Source: a virus (lineage: Duplodnaviria; Caudoviricetes). From it: a stretch of 38,497 nucleotides of DNA. The stretch is taken from positions 1-38,497 of IMG/VR virus record IMGVR_UViG_3300030059_003702. The stretch is one strand, 5' to 3'. This document shows, piece by piece, positions 7,830-17,636 of the stretch (the first letter of the stretch is position 1; each line of letters opens with the position of its first letter). The notes under the pieces are model-generated. The model did not search any database. It was not told the DNA's origin and saw only the letters and a program-made list of their open reading frames with translations. The translations under genes and the position numbers were made by a program.

Positions 7830-8108
7830 ATGATGATGATTAACAATACAGAAAAGTTCGAAAACGAACTATTTTACAAGTGGATTGATGATATAGAGTT
7901 GAGATTTAAACTAACCCAATGTGTAAGAGAGGCAAACGTAAGACGCAAAGAGTCTTACACTCAAAAGGAAATAACAGAAATAGTTAAAATACCACTCACA
8001 AAAGTGAAGCAAATAGAGAATGGAACCTGTAAAGACTTTAATGCCATAAACAACTATATAAATTTTCTGGACTGCTCTATTTTAAATTACATAAGCCCTT
8101 TTAATTAA
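7830..8108 (+). CDS. XRE-family HTH protein
   Basis: RRKESYTQKEITEIVKIPLTKVKQIENG matches the XRE HTH pattern. Confidence 0.75.
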   Translation: MMMINNTEKFENELFYKWIDDIELRFKLTQCVREANVRRKESYTQKEITEIVKIPLTKVKQIENGTCKDFNAINNYINFLDCSILNYISPFN

Positions 8109-8113
8109 TATAA

Positions 8114-8144
8114 ACTAAACGAACCTTTTAAAAAAATAAATATG
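8114..8144 (+). repeat. 31-bp direct repeat, copy 2 (includes start codon of 8142 gene)
   Basis: ACTAAACGAACCTTTTAAAAAAATAAATATG. Confidence 0.85.
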
Positions 8145-8714
8145 AATACAATTGAAGTTGAACCTAAATTAATAAAGCTTAAAATAAAAGATATAGATGT
8201 TTTCTTAGAAGATTACGAACCAGGAAAAGGAAAGATAACTATATCAAGTTTTAATTACGGTGCTTTCACCTTTTATTGGGGATCAATGGGAAGCGATTTA
8301 AAGGACTTTCTTTTGAGAATTAATGGAGATTATTTTGCAGGTAAATTGTCTAATAACAGTTATGTTTTTGACGCCAAAGGCAGTACTAAAAATGTACGTA
8401 AACATATTAGAGAAGAGTTGTCTTATGAATTGCCTCGTTATAAGTTTATGTCTGCTCAAAAAGAAATGAGAGAAGCTATAAAAAATCTTGAATATGTATC
8501 TTCTAATAATGAATTTGTAGCAAGAATGATTGATTTACCAGATAATTTAATGTGTTATGATTTAGATTATAAAGAAGAAAGGGAGTTTAAAGATATTATT
8601 GAAGGTGTTTTTAAAAGCGAACCTTGGCATTTTATAGCCGAAAAGCTATCTAATGAATACAAATGGCTTGTAAGTCTTCATAAGGATCTAAAGAAAGTAC
8701 TATTAACTTTTTAA
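8142..8714 (+). CDS. Hypothetical phage protein
   Basis: 190 aa ORF; 'GKGKITI....GAFTFYWGSMG...DYF..KL' resembles an uncharacterised phage family. Confidence 0.8.
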   Translation: MNTIEVEPKLIKLKIKDIDVFLEDYEPGKGKITISSFNYGAFTFYWGSMGSDLKDFLLRINGDYFAGKLSNNSYVFDAKGSTKNVRKHIREELSYELPRYKFMSAQKEMREAIKNLEYVSSNNEFVARMIDLPDNLMCYDLDYKEEREFKDIIEGVFKSEPWHFIAEKLSNEYKWLVSLHKDLKKVLLTF

Positions 8715-8725
8715 TAAAAAAAATT

Positions 8726-9031
8726 ATGAAACAACTAATTAAAGATACTTTTGAAAAGCATAAAATTAATTTTGGAAGGGAAAAAGTAACTAATATAGAT
8801 GTAGATTATGTTGATGATTCTTACACAAATGTAGAAGAGGCTATTCTGGATCTTCTTAAACAAACGGCCTTAAACCAAAGCTCCATTAACTATCAAAACA
8901 TTATAGATTACAAAATAGAAGCAGAAAAAAAAGCGAAGGATAAAAACATTAGTGAATGGGGTTGCGCTTTTATAAATTTAATACTCATAATCTTTATTAC
9001 TATAGTTATAATTTCTGCTATAGCTAATTAA
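8726..9031 (+). CDS. Hypothetical protein with C-terminal TM helix
   Basis: Ends in WGCAFINLILIIFITIVIISAIAN. Confidence 0.7.
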   Translation: MKQLIKDTFEKHKINFGREKVTNIDVDYVDDSYTNVEEAILDLLKQTALNQSSINYQNIIDYKIEAEKKAKDKNISEWGCAFINLILIIFITIVIISAIAN

Positions 9032-9047
9032 TACACCTTATACACTA

Positions 9048-9085
9048 CTAAAAAACCTCACAGTTAGCGCTGTGAGGTTTTTAGT
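9048..9085. terminator. Bidirectional intrinsic terminator ending the early operon
   Basis: AAAAAACCTCACAG-TTAGCG-CTGTGAGGTTTTT. Confidence 0.85.
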
Positions 9086-9177
9086 TATATAACATTTGTA
9101 TATACAACTATGTTAACATCTTAAAAATCCCGCGCCCAATTTTAAAAAACGTATAGAAGATAGCAGAAAAGCTGCGG

Positions 9178-9425
9178 AAAAAAGGTTCTAACAGTTCTAA
9201 CCGTTCTAACTCAGTTAGTATATATAGTATAAGTTATTATATATCAATTAGTTACAAATATTTAATATAATCAATTTCAGTTAGACTGCGTTAGAACCCT
9301 TTTTTTAGGTTCTAACTAAAACACTAGTATACTAACCGGTTATAATGAAATTTCTATAATTTTAAAATTCTAACATTTTGTTATTCAGTTATTTAAAACT
9401 CAGTTAGAACGGTTAGAACCTTTTT
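9178..9425. repeat. Putative replication origin: GTTCTAAC iterons in direct and inverted orientation
   Basis: GTTCTAAC at 9185, 9194, 9203, 9309; GTTAGAAC at 9290, 9403, 9412; variants at 9280, 9368; AT-rich spacers; IHF-consensus match TATCAATTAGTTA 9242-9254. Confidence 0.7.
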
Positions 9426-9524
9426 GGGCCATCCATAGCATTACATTGAAGAAAATCCTTTTTTTTATCTCATATATTCTAAATTATAGCATATATTTAT
9501 AACACATTTGTATTATAATAGTTT

Positions 9525-10025
9525 TTGGTTATGGCATTTTTAGCATCTGTAGATATTCCGGTTCCTGTATATGTGCAGAAGTACCTTTTAAAGCGTTATG
9601 GTAAAGATCATAAGGTGTCTAAAAACTCTGCTATTGGTATTATGATCATTCAGTTAGCCACTAAATACTATATGAAGCCTGTAAAGAAAGCTCCAGAAGG
9701 GCAAGTATTTTACAGCTTAGCGGTTACAGAGTACTATTATAATCAAAAGGTATTTAGGATTACCAAGACTAAGCTTAAGTTGCTTAGTAAGCTTTTGGTA
9801 AAGTTATTTTATGAAGACCTGGTTAACTGTGCATATAGAGATGTGGCTTTAAAGAAGATTAGTGAAGATAATAAGTTTGCTACAGCCAAAGCTTCAATAA
9901 AACAATTCTTAGATTTTTACGAGATCACAGAAAATGATTTAAGATTAGAAACGGCTTATATGGAATACCAACGCAAAAAACCAAAAAAAATTAAGGTTTC
10001 TAAAAATCAAATAGCATCATTTTAA
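9525..10025 (+). CDS. Hypothetical protein, candidate late-gene activator
   Basis: Single gene between the origin and the structural block; N-terminal 'IPVPVYVQKYL' ribbon-helix-like, C-terminal helical basic segment; function inferred from position. Confidence 0.45.
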   Translation: MVMAFLASVDIPVPVYVQKYLLKRYGKDHKVSKNSAIGIMIIQLATKYYMKPVKKAPEGQVFYSLAVTEYYYNQKVFRITKTKLKLLSKLLVKLFYEDLVNCAYRDVALKKISEDNKFATAKASIKQFLDFYEITENDLRLETAYMEYQRKKPKKIKVSKNQIASF

Positions 10026-10092
10026 TACTAAAATTAACGTTAAGCCTTATAAATAATGAGGTTATGGGCTTACACTTTTATCACAAATAGTT

Positions 10093-10566
10093 ATGAATTT
10101 TAATTGCGAAGAACAAATAGGCGGCTTTAATAATGTACAAGTTTATACTTTAGAAGAAACTTCTGGATGGCCAAAAGTGGTTACAGACCATAATAGTGAT
10201 CTGGTAACTTTTACTCCTATACCTCAAAATATAGAAGGCACAATTTTAAATGAAAGTATAGATGTAAGAGAATCCAGTGCCGTAAAAGATCCTGGTAATT
10301 TACACGATGTTTCAATATCATTCGAGTTTTTAAGTCAAAGCCCTGCATTGGAACAGCTTTTAGATGGCTATAGCAGTACTAAATTAGTGGCTGTAGTGTG
10401 TAAGAACTACAAGCAGAAAAAACTATATGGCACAAATACCTTTCCGTTACAATTAACCTATGAGTTAAAACACGGTAAGAAACCAGAAGACGGTACGGCC
10501 ACCATAATTAAGTTAACAGGACAATCTCCAAAACGTTCTGTACATATATTAAATGAAGTTGGGTAA
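10093..10566 (+). CDS. Hypothetical virion-associated protein (tail-tube-like beta pattern)
   Basis: 157 aa, first gene of the structural block. Confidence 0.55.
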   Translation: MNFNCEEQIGGFNNVQVYTLEETSGWPKVVTDHNSDLVTFTPIPQNIEGTILNESIDVRESSAVKDPGNLHDVSISFEFLSQSPALEQLLDGYSSTKLVAVVCKNYKQKKLYGTNTFPLQLTYELKHGKKPEDGTATIIKLTGQSPKRSVHILNEVG

Positions 10567-10600
10567 CATTAGGCTACGCTTTATACGCTTATTATAAAAG

Positions 10601-10636
10601 TGTAATTTTTCAACCTTAGCTATCTGTTTATTATTG
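10601..10636 (+). promoter_or_regulatory. Putative late promoter (TGTMATT motif + -7-like box)
   Basis: TGTAATT at 10601 with TATTATTG ending 35 nt later; same geometry at five other sites. Confidence 0.5.
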
Positions 10637-12004
10637 TATTGTGAAAATCTATTTAAAGATTATTCATTATACATTTTATCTATTTTGATAGCAAACTTAC
10701 ACAGCTTATTAAATTCACCTTGGTACATTCAAGAAGATTATGCCGTTGCATTATTTCCTTCATTGGTAAGTGTATTAAACGGTGCAGACCTATCTTCTGT
10801 TACACCTCATAACCCAAATGTTATTACTGCGTTTAATGCAGATATGTCTCCTTCATTATTAGGAGAAGACACTGCAGCAACTACAGATAAGCGCGTAGTG
10901 GTTTTGGGTATTAAGTCACCTATTTATAAATACGATCAACCTTGCGGACCTACAGGAACGCGAACTATGCGTGCTACTCTGGAGCAATTTAAAACAGATG
11001 ATAGTATTGCAGGAATTGTTTTAGATATAGATAGTGGTGGCGGCCAAGGCGCAGGAACTTCTGAATTTTATGATTACATAAGCTCCTACCCTAAACCAAT
11101 AGTGTCTTATACAGATGGCCTTATATGCTCTGCAGCATATTACTTTGCCTCTGCTTCTAACCATATTATTGCAAACAAGCGTGCAGACAAAATAGGAAGC
11201 ATAGGTGCAATGGCTGTAAGTGTAGATATGAGTGGCGTTGTAGAAAAGCAAGGCGGCAAGGTACATATAATGTATGCTAGCAAGAGTAAGAAGAAAAATA
11301 AGAGTGCCAGAGCGCTTACAGAAGATAACGACACCTCTGTACATATTACAGAAGTCTTAGATCCTTTAGTAGAAGATTTTCATAATGATATGTTGACTTC
11401 TAGACCTAACCTAAACACAGAGGTTTTAGAAGGTGATGTATACACACCACAAGACGCATTAAAACACAACCTTATAGATAGCATAGGCACTTTTGCAGAT
11501 GCTGTAAATAAGGTTTTTGAACTTTCAGAGCGTAATAATTCAAATTTAAATAAACCACAAATGTCACAAAAGGAAAGACCGCTATTACAGGCTGCCTTAG
11601 GATTAGAGTCGGCGTTACAAGAACTAGACGGCCACTCTTCCTTAAGCACAGAACACTTTGATCAACTAGAGCAAACGTTATCAGAGCGCAACGACAGCCT
11701 TTCAGAAAAAGAAACGCAATTAAACACTGCAAATGCTTCACTTTCTGAATTACAGAACCAAAACACAGAACTTCAAACTGCTTTAGATGCTTTATTAGAA
11801 TCTAACAGCGTAGAGGTTTTAGAAACTGCCACACCACAAGAAAAGCTAGATGCTTTGCAAGGGTACATTACAGAGTTAGGAAGCAGAGATGCTGCAAACC
11901 CATCTGCTGTAGTGCCAAGTGCGACAGAAAGAAAAACATCGTTTGTTGATGCCAACGCATCTCACAACCGTTTAGCCGATAAATTAAAAACTTCTAAAAA
12001 CTAA
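10634..12004 (+). CDS. S49 (SppA/ClpP-like) prohead protease with C-terminal coiled-coil scaffold
   Basis: 'LDIDSGGG', 'CSAAYYFAS', 'IGSIG' motifs; directly upstream of capsid; true start possibly TTG ~10685. Confidence 0.9.
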   Translation: MYCENLFKDYSLYILSILIANLHSLLNSPWYIQEDYAVALFPSLVSVLNGADLSSVTPHNPNVITAFNADMSPSLLGEDTAATTDKRVVVLGIKSPIYKYDQPCGPTGTRTMRATLEQFKTDDSIAGIVLDIDSGGGQGAGTSEFYDYISSYPKPIVSYTDGLICSAAYYFASASNHIIANKRADKIGSIGAMAVSVDMSGVVEKQGGKVHIMYASKSKKKNKSARALTEDNDTSVHITEVLDPLVEDFHNDMLTSRPNLNTEVLEGDVYTPQDALKHNLIDSIGTFADAVNKVFELSERNNSNLNKPQMSQKERPLLQAALGLESALQELDGHSSLSTEHFDQLEQTLSERNDSLSEKETQLNTANASLSELQNQNTELQTALDALLESNSVEVLETATPQEKLDALQGYITELGSRDAANPSAVVPSATERKTSFVDANASHNRLADKLKTSKN

Positions 12005-12007
12005 GAC

Positions 12008-13015
12008 ATGGCAATTAATGTTCAAGACGTAGCTAAAGAGGTAGGTGAGTATGTTGCTCATAATACCGAGATAGTGAGCGCAGGTGTTTACTCCGATGAG
12101 ATCCAGGTAAACGCATTATGTAAAACTATTACCGCTATTAACGGTAAGTACCCACAATTTCATAAGATTTTAGGTCACGTGGTACAAGGCTTTAAAGCAG
12201 AATGGCAAGCATTGGGCGAGGCTCAATTTAAGCACAAGATGCTACAAGCTTACCGCCAAAAGGTAAACTTTCCTATTGTTCCAGACGAGATTTTAAACAC
12301 TTGGTTGGCTAAACTTTATACAGAAGGTTTAACAAAAGAAGAGCAACCAATCTCTAAAGAGATTATGGAAGATCTTATGGCAAAGGTGAAAGATGATTTA
12401 CAAGAGTTATCTGTTACAGGTGTTAGAGATGATGCTAATGCAGATGGGCAATTTGGAGCATCTTTAAATGGTGTTGCTACACAAGTAACAAACGCTTTAG
12501 CAAATACAACGCATCCTGCATTTAGAATCCCATTAAATGCAATTACAGATCAAAACATCTTAGATGAAGTTAAGAGTTTTGAGCGCCAAGTTCCTGCATA
12601 TATGCGTAGAAAATGTGACTCTATTGTAATGAGTGACAACAACGCATTACGTTATGCAGATGCTTACGAGCAAACGTATGGTACTAAAGTAACATACACA
12701 GAAGATGGCCGTATGCGTACACCGCTTACTAAAAAGATGATTGTCTCAGTTGATAATATGCCGGATGACATCATTTTTATGACAATTAAGGACAACCTAT
12801 ACCGTCTTATAGATGTTATTGATGAACCTAGAGTAACAGATGTGCAAACATTAGATTACGTGTTAAAAATCTTTATGGATTTCCATTTAGGATATGATTT
12901 TGCAATTAACCAGGTATTATTTGTTGCTGTTTTTGATGGTAGCGAACGTGGTTTAGAAAATGCAGCGCAAAACGCACTGTATTATCCTAAAGAAACTTTA
13001 GCTGTAACACCTTAA
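12008..13015 (+). CDS. Major capsid protein
   Basis: 335 aa directly after the protease/scaffold; strongly biased codon usage. Confidence 0.75.
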   Translation: MAINVQDVAKEVGEYVAHNTEIVSAGVYSDEIQVNALCKTITAINGKYPQFHKILGHVVQGFKAEWQALGEAQFKHKMLQAYRQKVNFPIVPDEILNTWLAKLYTEGLTKEEQPISKEIMEDLMAKVKDDLQELSVTGVRDDANADGQFGASLNGVATQVTNALANTTHPAFRIPLNAITDQNILDEVKSFERQVPAYMRRKCDSIVMSDNNALRYADAYEQTYGTKVTYTEDGRMRTPLTKKMIVSVDNMPDDIIFMTIKDNLYRLIDVIDEPRVTDVQTLDYVLKIFMDFHLGYDFAINQVLFVAVFDGSERGLENAAQNALYYPKETLAVTP

Positions 13016-13024
13016 TAATTTATT

Positions 13025-13357
13025 ATGGCAAATGAAACCAAAGACCAACTGTTAGCAATAGCAGTTGGTTATAACCTAGATATAGACGAGAAGGCAACAA
13101 AAGCAGATATTAAAGCTGCAATTGATGCTTACGAGGCACAAAACCCTTCTGCAGAAGAAGAGGAAGAAGAAGCTACAGAAAGGCCTACTATTACTTATAA
13201 TGGTAGAGACTATGCCTTTAAAGCAAATACTCCAAAACAATTAAAAGTATTTGGAGAAGTGAAACCACTAAAAGCACTAATAAAAGACAAGGAAACTATG
13301 TCTTTACTTATTGAAGGTGGTAATTTTTATGTAGAACGCGTACAAAACACAAAATAA
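13025..13357 (+). CDS. Small head-associated protein with HeH/LEM-like N-terminal motif
   Basis: TKDQLLAIAVGYNLDIDEKATKADIKAAI pattern, acidic linker. Confidence 0.55.
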   Translation: MANETKDQLLAIAVGYNLDIDEKATKADIKAAIDAYEAQNPSAEEEEEEATERPTITYNGRDYAFKANTPKQLKVFGEVKPLKALIKDKETMSLLIEGGNFYVERVQNTK

Positions 13358-13358
13358 G

Positions 13359-13916
13359 ATGGCACTAGATTTAGTAGACGTAGGTGGCGAAAGCTGCGAA
13401 CCAGTTGCAGGAATAGTAAATGATGTTAAGATTGCACCACACGGTGATTTTACATTAATAAATGATCCTGCAGAGTTATGTGGTGACGGTGAAGCTCTTT
13501 CTGTTGAAGAGTTAGTTACCATTAGTGCAGACCACACTTTTAATACAGGTAAAGGCTTTACCAATATTGAAAGCATAGAAGAAACAGGTACAATTACCAC
13601 AACAATGATTGGAGAAACTGGAAGAAAATTATTCCAGAATGCTTTAACTATTGAAGTTGCAGGAAGTACTGCAGCATTACTTGGTTTTTTGAGACAAGTA
13701 AAGAACGGTAAGTATGTTGTTTTAGCAGAAGAATTTGGTTCTGGAGCTTTTAGACAAATAGGAAGTTCACGCTTTCCTGCTCGTTTTGAAAGTATTGAAG
13801 CAGCATTAGAAGCAGTTGCAGAAGGTAAAAACTCTGTAACATTAACCATACAAGACAAAAGCAAATGGCCTGCTGCAATTTATACAGGAGCCATTACAGA
13901 ATATCCTTCTGTTTAG
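13359..13916 (+). CDS. Probable major tail (tube) protein
   Basis: 185 aa acidic beta-rich protein, highly expressed codon style, followed by a terminator. Confidence 0.6.
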   Translation: MALDLVDVGGESCEPVAGIVNDVKIAPHGDFTLINDPAELCGDGEALSVEELVTISADHTFNTGKGFTNIESIEETGTITTTMIGETGRKLFQNALTIEVAGSTAALLGFLRQVKNGKYVVLAEEFGSGAFRQIGSSRFPARFESIEAALEAVAEGKNSVTLTIQDKSKWPAAIYTGAITEYPSV

Positions 13917-13953
13917 GATATGTAGTTCATATTTTTTTGATTGGGTTAGTTAG

Positions 13954-13997
13954 TTAAAAACGCCTTCTGGTTTTCAGAAGGCGTTTTTTTGTCATTT
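13954..13997 (+). terminator. Intrinsic terminator + TGTCATT promoter motif, copy 1
   Basis: TTAAAAACGCCTTCT-GGTTTTC-AGAAGGCGTTTTTTTGTCATTT. Confidence 0.85.
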
Positions 13998-14058
13998 TCA
14001 ACCAAACCAATTTAAAATACTTTTATAATCACTTATTTATTCATTTAAAACCAAAACA

Positions 14059-14559
14059 ATGAAAAGTTCATTTTTAACACTATTTGCCCTCGTTTGCATT
14101 AGCTTAAATGCTAATGCTTTTATTGAAAACCCTAAAGTTCCTTTTGATGATCCTTTAGAAAATGTTGTATCTTTAAATATGGATTTAGAGATAAATAATG
14201 CAACACCTGTTTCAATTTTAAAGCTGAAACAAGAAGATTTAAGTAATAAAATCTTTAAAGATTCAAAAGGCTTATCTATTCTCGAAAAATGCCTAAAATC
14301 TGAAATTGATTTTATAGAAGGCATACTTAAGCAAAAACTATATGTCGATTTAAATTCTGAAAGTTTAGAGGCAATTAATTATTCTCTAGATTCAGAACAG
14401 ATACAGAATGCCATTACTTACTCAAATTATCAAGATGAATTTAGGATAAAAAGGAAATACAAGGTCTCCTATTTTAATGTAGACCTTGGTTACATTATTA
14501 GACATAATTACCATTTAAACAACGGTATTACACACGTAGAGTTTAATTATTTGAATTAG
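14059..14559 (+). CDS. Moron: secreted hypothetical protein
   Basis: Sec signal peptide MKSSFLTLFALVCISLNANA; flanked by a duplicated terminator. Confidence 0.7.
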   Translation: MKSSFLTLFALVCISLNANAFIENPKVPFDDPLENVVSLNMDLEINNATPVSILKLKQEDLSNKIFKDSKGLSILEKCLKSEIDFIEGILKQKLYVDLNSESLEAINYSLDSEQIQNAITYSNYQDEFRIKRKYKVSYFNVDLGYIIRHNYHLNNGITHVEFNYLN

Positions 14560-14577
14560 AATATTTCTATATATATA

Positions 14578-14621
14578 TTAAAAACGCCTTCTATAACCTA
14601 GAAGGCGTTTTTTTGTCATTT
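14578..14621 (+). terminator. Intrinsic terminator + TGTCATT promoter motif, copy 2
   Basis: TTAAAAACGCCTTCT-ATAACCT-AGAAGGCGTTTTTTTGTCATTT. Confidence 0.85.
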
Positions 14622-14653
14622 AATATATGGGTTACACTTTCCACTTTTGTACT

Positions 14654-15379
14654 ATGAATATACAAGATTGGTTTAGTAGTGGCTGTGATTATGCTTCTGG
14701 TGTTGCTTTATATAGCAAGCTTAAGCACAGTAATGCTTTAACGCTTAGGCGCCTTATGAAAAAGGAAAATGCCACAAACTTAATGACTTTAAAATATGAG
14801 CTAAAAAAAGCCCAGACATTAAAGGCCCAACTAAAAACCACTACCAAAAAAGTACCACCAAAAAAGAAACCACAACCATTAAAGGTGGTTCCTGCAGCTT
14901 ATAAAGAGCCTGCACGCCAACCAATGTATATGCATAATACGCCTAAAGAACTTAGGCCATTATTATCTGAGGCCCATACTTTATTTATTAAATGCTGTGA
15001 ACTAAAGAGTATTTTAAATGAAACTCCTGGATCTGTAAACACCTATGATCTACAATTAGAGATAGATGAAAAGTTAAAGCGCAACCAATGGTGTTGGCAA
15101 CAGATTACCTTTTTTAAAGAACACGGCACTTTACCAAAAAGCACTCCATCTGAATTTGAAACCCTTACAAGTGCTCAACTTATAAAGCGGCAACAATATA
15201 AATGGCAAGCAAAATGCAAAGCAGAAAAGCTTATTGAAAAATATGAAGCTGAGTTAGCATCTCCAGAACCAATTAACAAACGTGTTTTAATTGAAAACAA
15301 ACTACGCCTAAAAAAAGAAAAGCTAATAGGTATTGAAAAAGATTTACTAACCTTAAGTGAACTCATAAATGGAAACTAA
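14654..15379 (+). CDS. Hypothetical coiled-coil phage protein upstream of terminases
   Basis: ORF track 14627..15379; ATG 14654 (MNIQDWF..DYASGVALY) lies just after the promoter motif. Confidence 0.7.
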   Translation: MNIQDWFSSGCDYASGVALYSKLKHSNALTLRRLMKKENATNLMTLKYELKKAQTLKAQLKTTTKKVPPKKKPQPLKVVPAAYKEPARQPMYMHNTPKELRPLLSEAHTLFIKCCELKSILNETPGSVNTYDLQLEIDEKLKRNQWCWQQITFFKEHGTLPKSTPSEFETLTSAQLIKRQQYKWQAKCKAEKLIEKYEAELASPEPINKRVLIENKLRLKKEKLIGIEKDLLTLSELINGN

Positions 15380-15950
15380 ACCTATTAAACGCCCTTTTAA
15401 AAAAGGAGCTTCAATATTTGATAAGATTAACCTCGCATCTTTAAAGCCGGATAAATACGAGCTATCTCCTACCCTAGAGAAAATTAAAGAACGTTGGGTG
15501 TTTTCATTTACTGAAAAACTCCAGGGCAACAGCAGGCACCAGATAGCTAAAGACCTGCAGGAAACTTATGATATAAGTGAAGCCCAAGCTTACTTAGATA
15601 TTAAAAACAGTGATCACTATTATGGTGATGCACATAGAGCAAACCAACAGGCCGAAAAGGTTATTCTTTATGAGTTTGCCAGAGACACTTACAAACAAGC
15701 TGTTGAAGATGGTGATTTGAAAATGCGTCTTAAGGCTATTGATCTTATGGGTAAATACGCAGATATAGGCAAAGATGATATACAACAGTTTAATCCAGAG
15801 AAGTTTGAGAATAAAGAAGTAAGCGTTACTGTACCAACTGCAGTAATGGATGCTTTAATAGAAAAATTAAAAGGTGGTGTTGTTAATATGAATCAATTAG
15901 AAGCAGAAGATGCTCAATTTGTAGAAGTAGATAGTAATGAAGAAAATTGA
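15369..15950 (+). CDS. Probable terminase small subunit
   Basis: HTH-like 'SRHQIAKDLQETYDISEAQAYLDI', helical, overlaps TerL start. Confidence 0.65.
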   Translation: METKPIKRPFKKGASIFDKINLASLKPDKYELSPTLEKIKERWVFSFTEKLQGNSRHQIAKDLQETYDISEAQAYLDIKNSDHYYGDAHRANQQAEKVILYEFARDTYKQAVEDGDLKMRLKAIDLMGKYADIGKDDIQQFNPEKFENKEVSVTVPTAVMDALIEKLKGGVVNMNQLEAEDAQFVEVDSNEEN

Positions 15951-17442
15951 ACTCACCGGACCACAACTAATGGTGGTTCTAGCTATAAAATTAGGTAAGA
16001 AGAAAATATACCTGGAATGGGGCCGAGGCAGTGGCAAAACTACCATCTTAGGTTATATCCTTAAAGAACTGGTAAAGCAGATGCCAAGAGGTTGCTTTAC
16101 CTTAGTTGGTGAAACCTATAAACAAATACTTGGCACTACATTAAAATCTGCTAAAGCAGGTTTAGAGATGTTTGGTGTTTTTGAAGATGTAGATTATGTT
16201 GTAGGTAGATCTGGTAAAAAAAATGGTTATGCAATGCCTTTTGAGCGCCCAGATATGTGGCATAATATTATACATTTTAGTAATGGTGCTATAATTCAAT
16301 TAGTTTCACTAGATAATAAAAACAGTGGTAGAGGTCTTAACAGCTATGCAGAGGTTGGAGATGAAGCTGCTTTATTAGATAAAGAACGCCTATTTGTAAA
16401 TGTTCAGATTAGTAACCGTGCAGGTAGGAACAGGTTTCCAAAGGCCTCATTGTTAAATGCAGAAATTTATATCTCTTCTACTCCATTAACTAAAAAAGGT
16501 AAATGGTTTACAGATATGGAAGAAGAAGCTAAAAGGAACCCTAAAGAATACGCATTTATTAAAGCTAATGCGTATAGTAACGCACATAACTTACCTGCAG
16601 ATTACTTTGATAAAATGCGCAAGAACTCACCTACCTTGCTGTATTACAGAGCAGAAATATTAAACTTAAGACCAAGTGTTAGCAGTGAATCCTTTTATGC
16701 GCAATTAAACTCTAAGGTTCATTACTATAAAGATTATGTTTCAGATGAAAACTATAATGAAATTAAGTTTAGTACAGGTAATAATAAATCTATAAACTGC
16801 ACAACAGATAATGATTTAACTACACAAAATCCTTTGATATTATCAATTGATTTTGGTGTTTTTAACTCTATGAGCATTCAACAACGTACAGGCAATGAGC
16901 ATAGAATTTTAAACAGCTTTTGGTATAACCACCCTAAAATCCTAGATGATTTAATTATAGATAAGTTCCTGCCCTATTATGCACCTCATAAGCCTAAGAA
17001 TAATAAGATATTGTTATACGGTGGCCACGATGGAAATAAGCGACAAGTAAACGCCAAGAAGACTTTACTTCAAGAGGTAAGAGATATTTTAATATCTAAT
17101 GGATGGAAGGTTAAAATTATGTCTAAAGGCGCTGCACCAACCCATATAGAAAAGTATCAAGTAATAAACTCCTTACTTAAGGAGAACCAGGAAGGCGTGC
17201 CAGTCATAAGAATTAATGAGAATAACAATACAGATTTAATTATATCATTAGAAAACGCAGGAGTTACAGAAGCAGATACATCTGCTCTTCATAAAGACAA
17301 GTCTTCTGAAAGAAGTAAGATAATAAAGCAACAACACGCTACCCATTTAAGTGATACTGTAGACATTCCTATTTATGATATGTATTATCAAGATGTTCTT
17401 AGATCTTCTAAGCAAAGAGAATACATGGGCTTACTTACTTAA
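15937..17442 (+). CDS. terL: Terminase large subunit
   Basis: Walker A GRGSGKT, 'GRGLN', Walker B EVGDEA, coupling motif SSTP, nuclease 'LSIDFG' and 'THLSDTVD'. Confidence 0.92.
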   Translation: MKKIELTGPQLMVVLAIKLGKKKIYLEWGRGSGKTTILGYILKELVKQMPRGCFTLVGETYKQILGTTLKSAKAGLEMFGVFEDVDYVVGRSGKKNGYAMPFERPDMWHNIIHFSNGAIIQLVSLDNKNSGRGLNSYAEVGDEAALLDKERLFVNVQISNRAGRNRFPKASLLNAEIYISSTPLTKKGKWFTDMEEEAKRNPKEYAFIKANAYSNAHNLPADYFDKMRKNSPTLLYYRAEILNLRPSVSSESFYAQLNSKVHYYKDYVSDENYNEIKFSTGNNKSINCTTDNDLTTQNPLILSIDFGVFNSMSIQQRTGNEHRILNSFWYNHPKILDDLIIDKFLPYYAPHKPKNNKILLYGGHDGNKRQVNAKKTLLQEVRDILISNGWKVKIMSKGAAPTHIEKYQVINSLLKENQEGVPVIRINENNNTDLIISLENAGVTEADTSALHKDKSSERSKIIKQQHATHLSDTVDIPIYDMYYQDVLRSSKQREYMGLLT

Positions 17443-17636
17443 CCTTTTTTCATATATCAATATTTATTTTTTAAATGGAAAGTGTTATACGTCATAGGTT
17501 GCGACGTGGTCGCGAGACAAAAAATAAAAATATAGCTAAATAATATTAATCTAAGTTTCTGTATTACAATACATTATGAAGTTATTTATTAGAATGGTTT
17601 TATGGTATATTTAAGTATATATAGGTGTTATAAAAC

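Noticed and set aside
9178-9425. CRISPR array
   Set aside because: Repeats are only 8 bp, occur in both orientations and lack regular unique spacers; no cas genes
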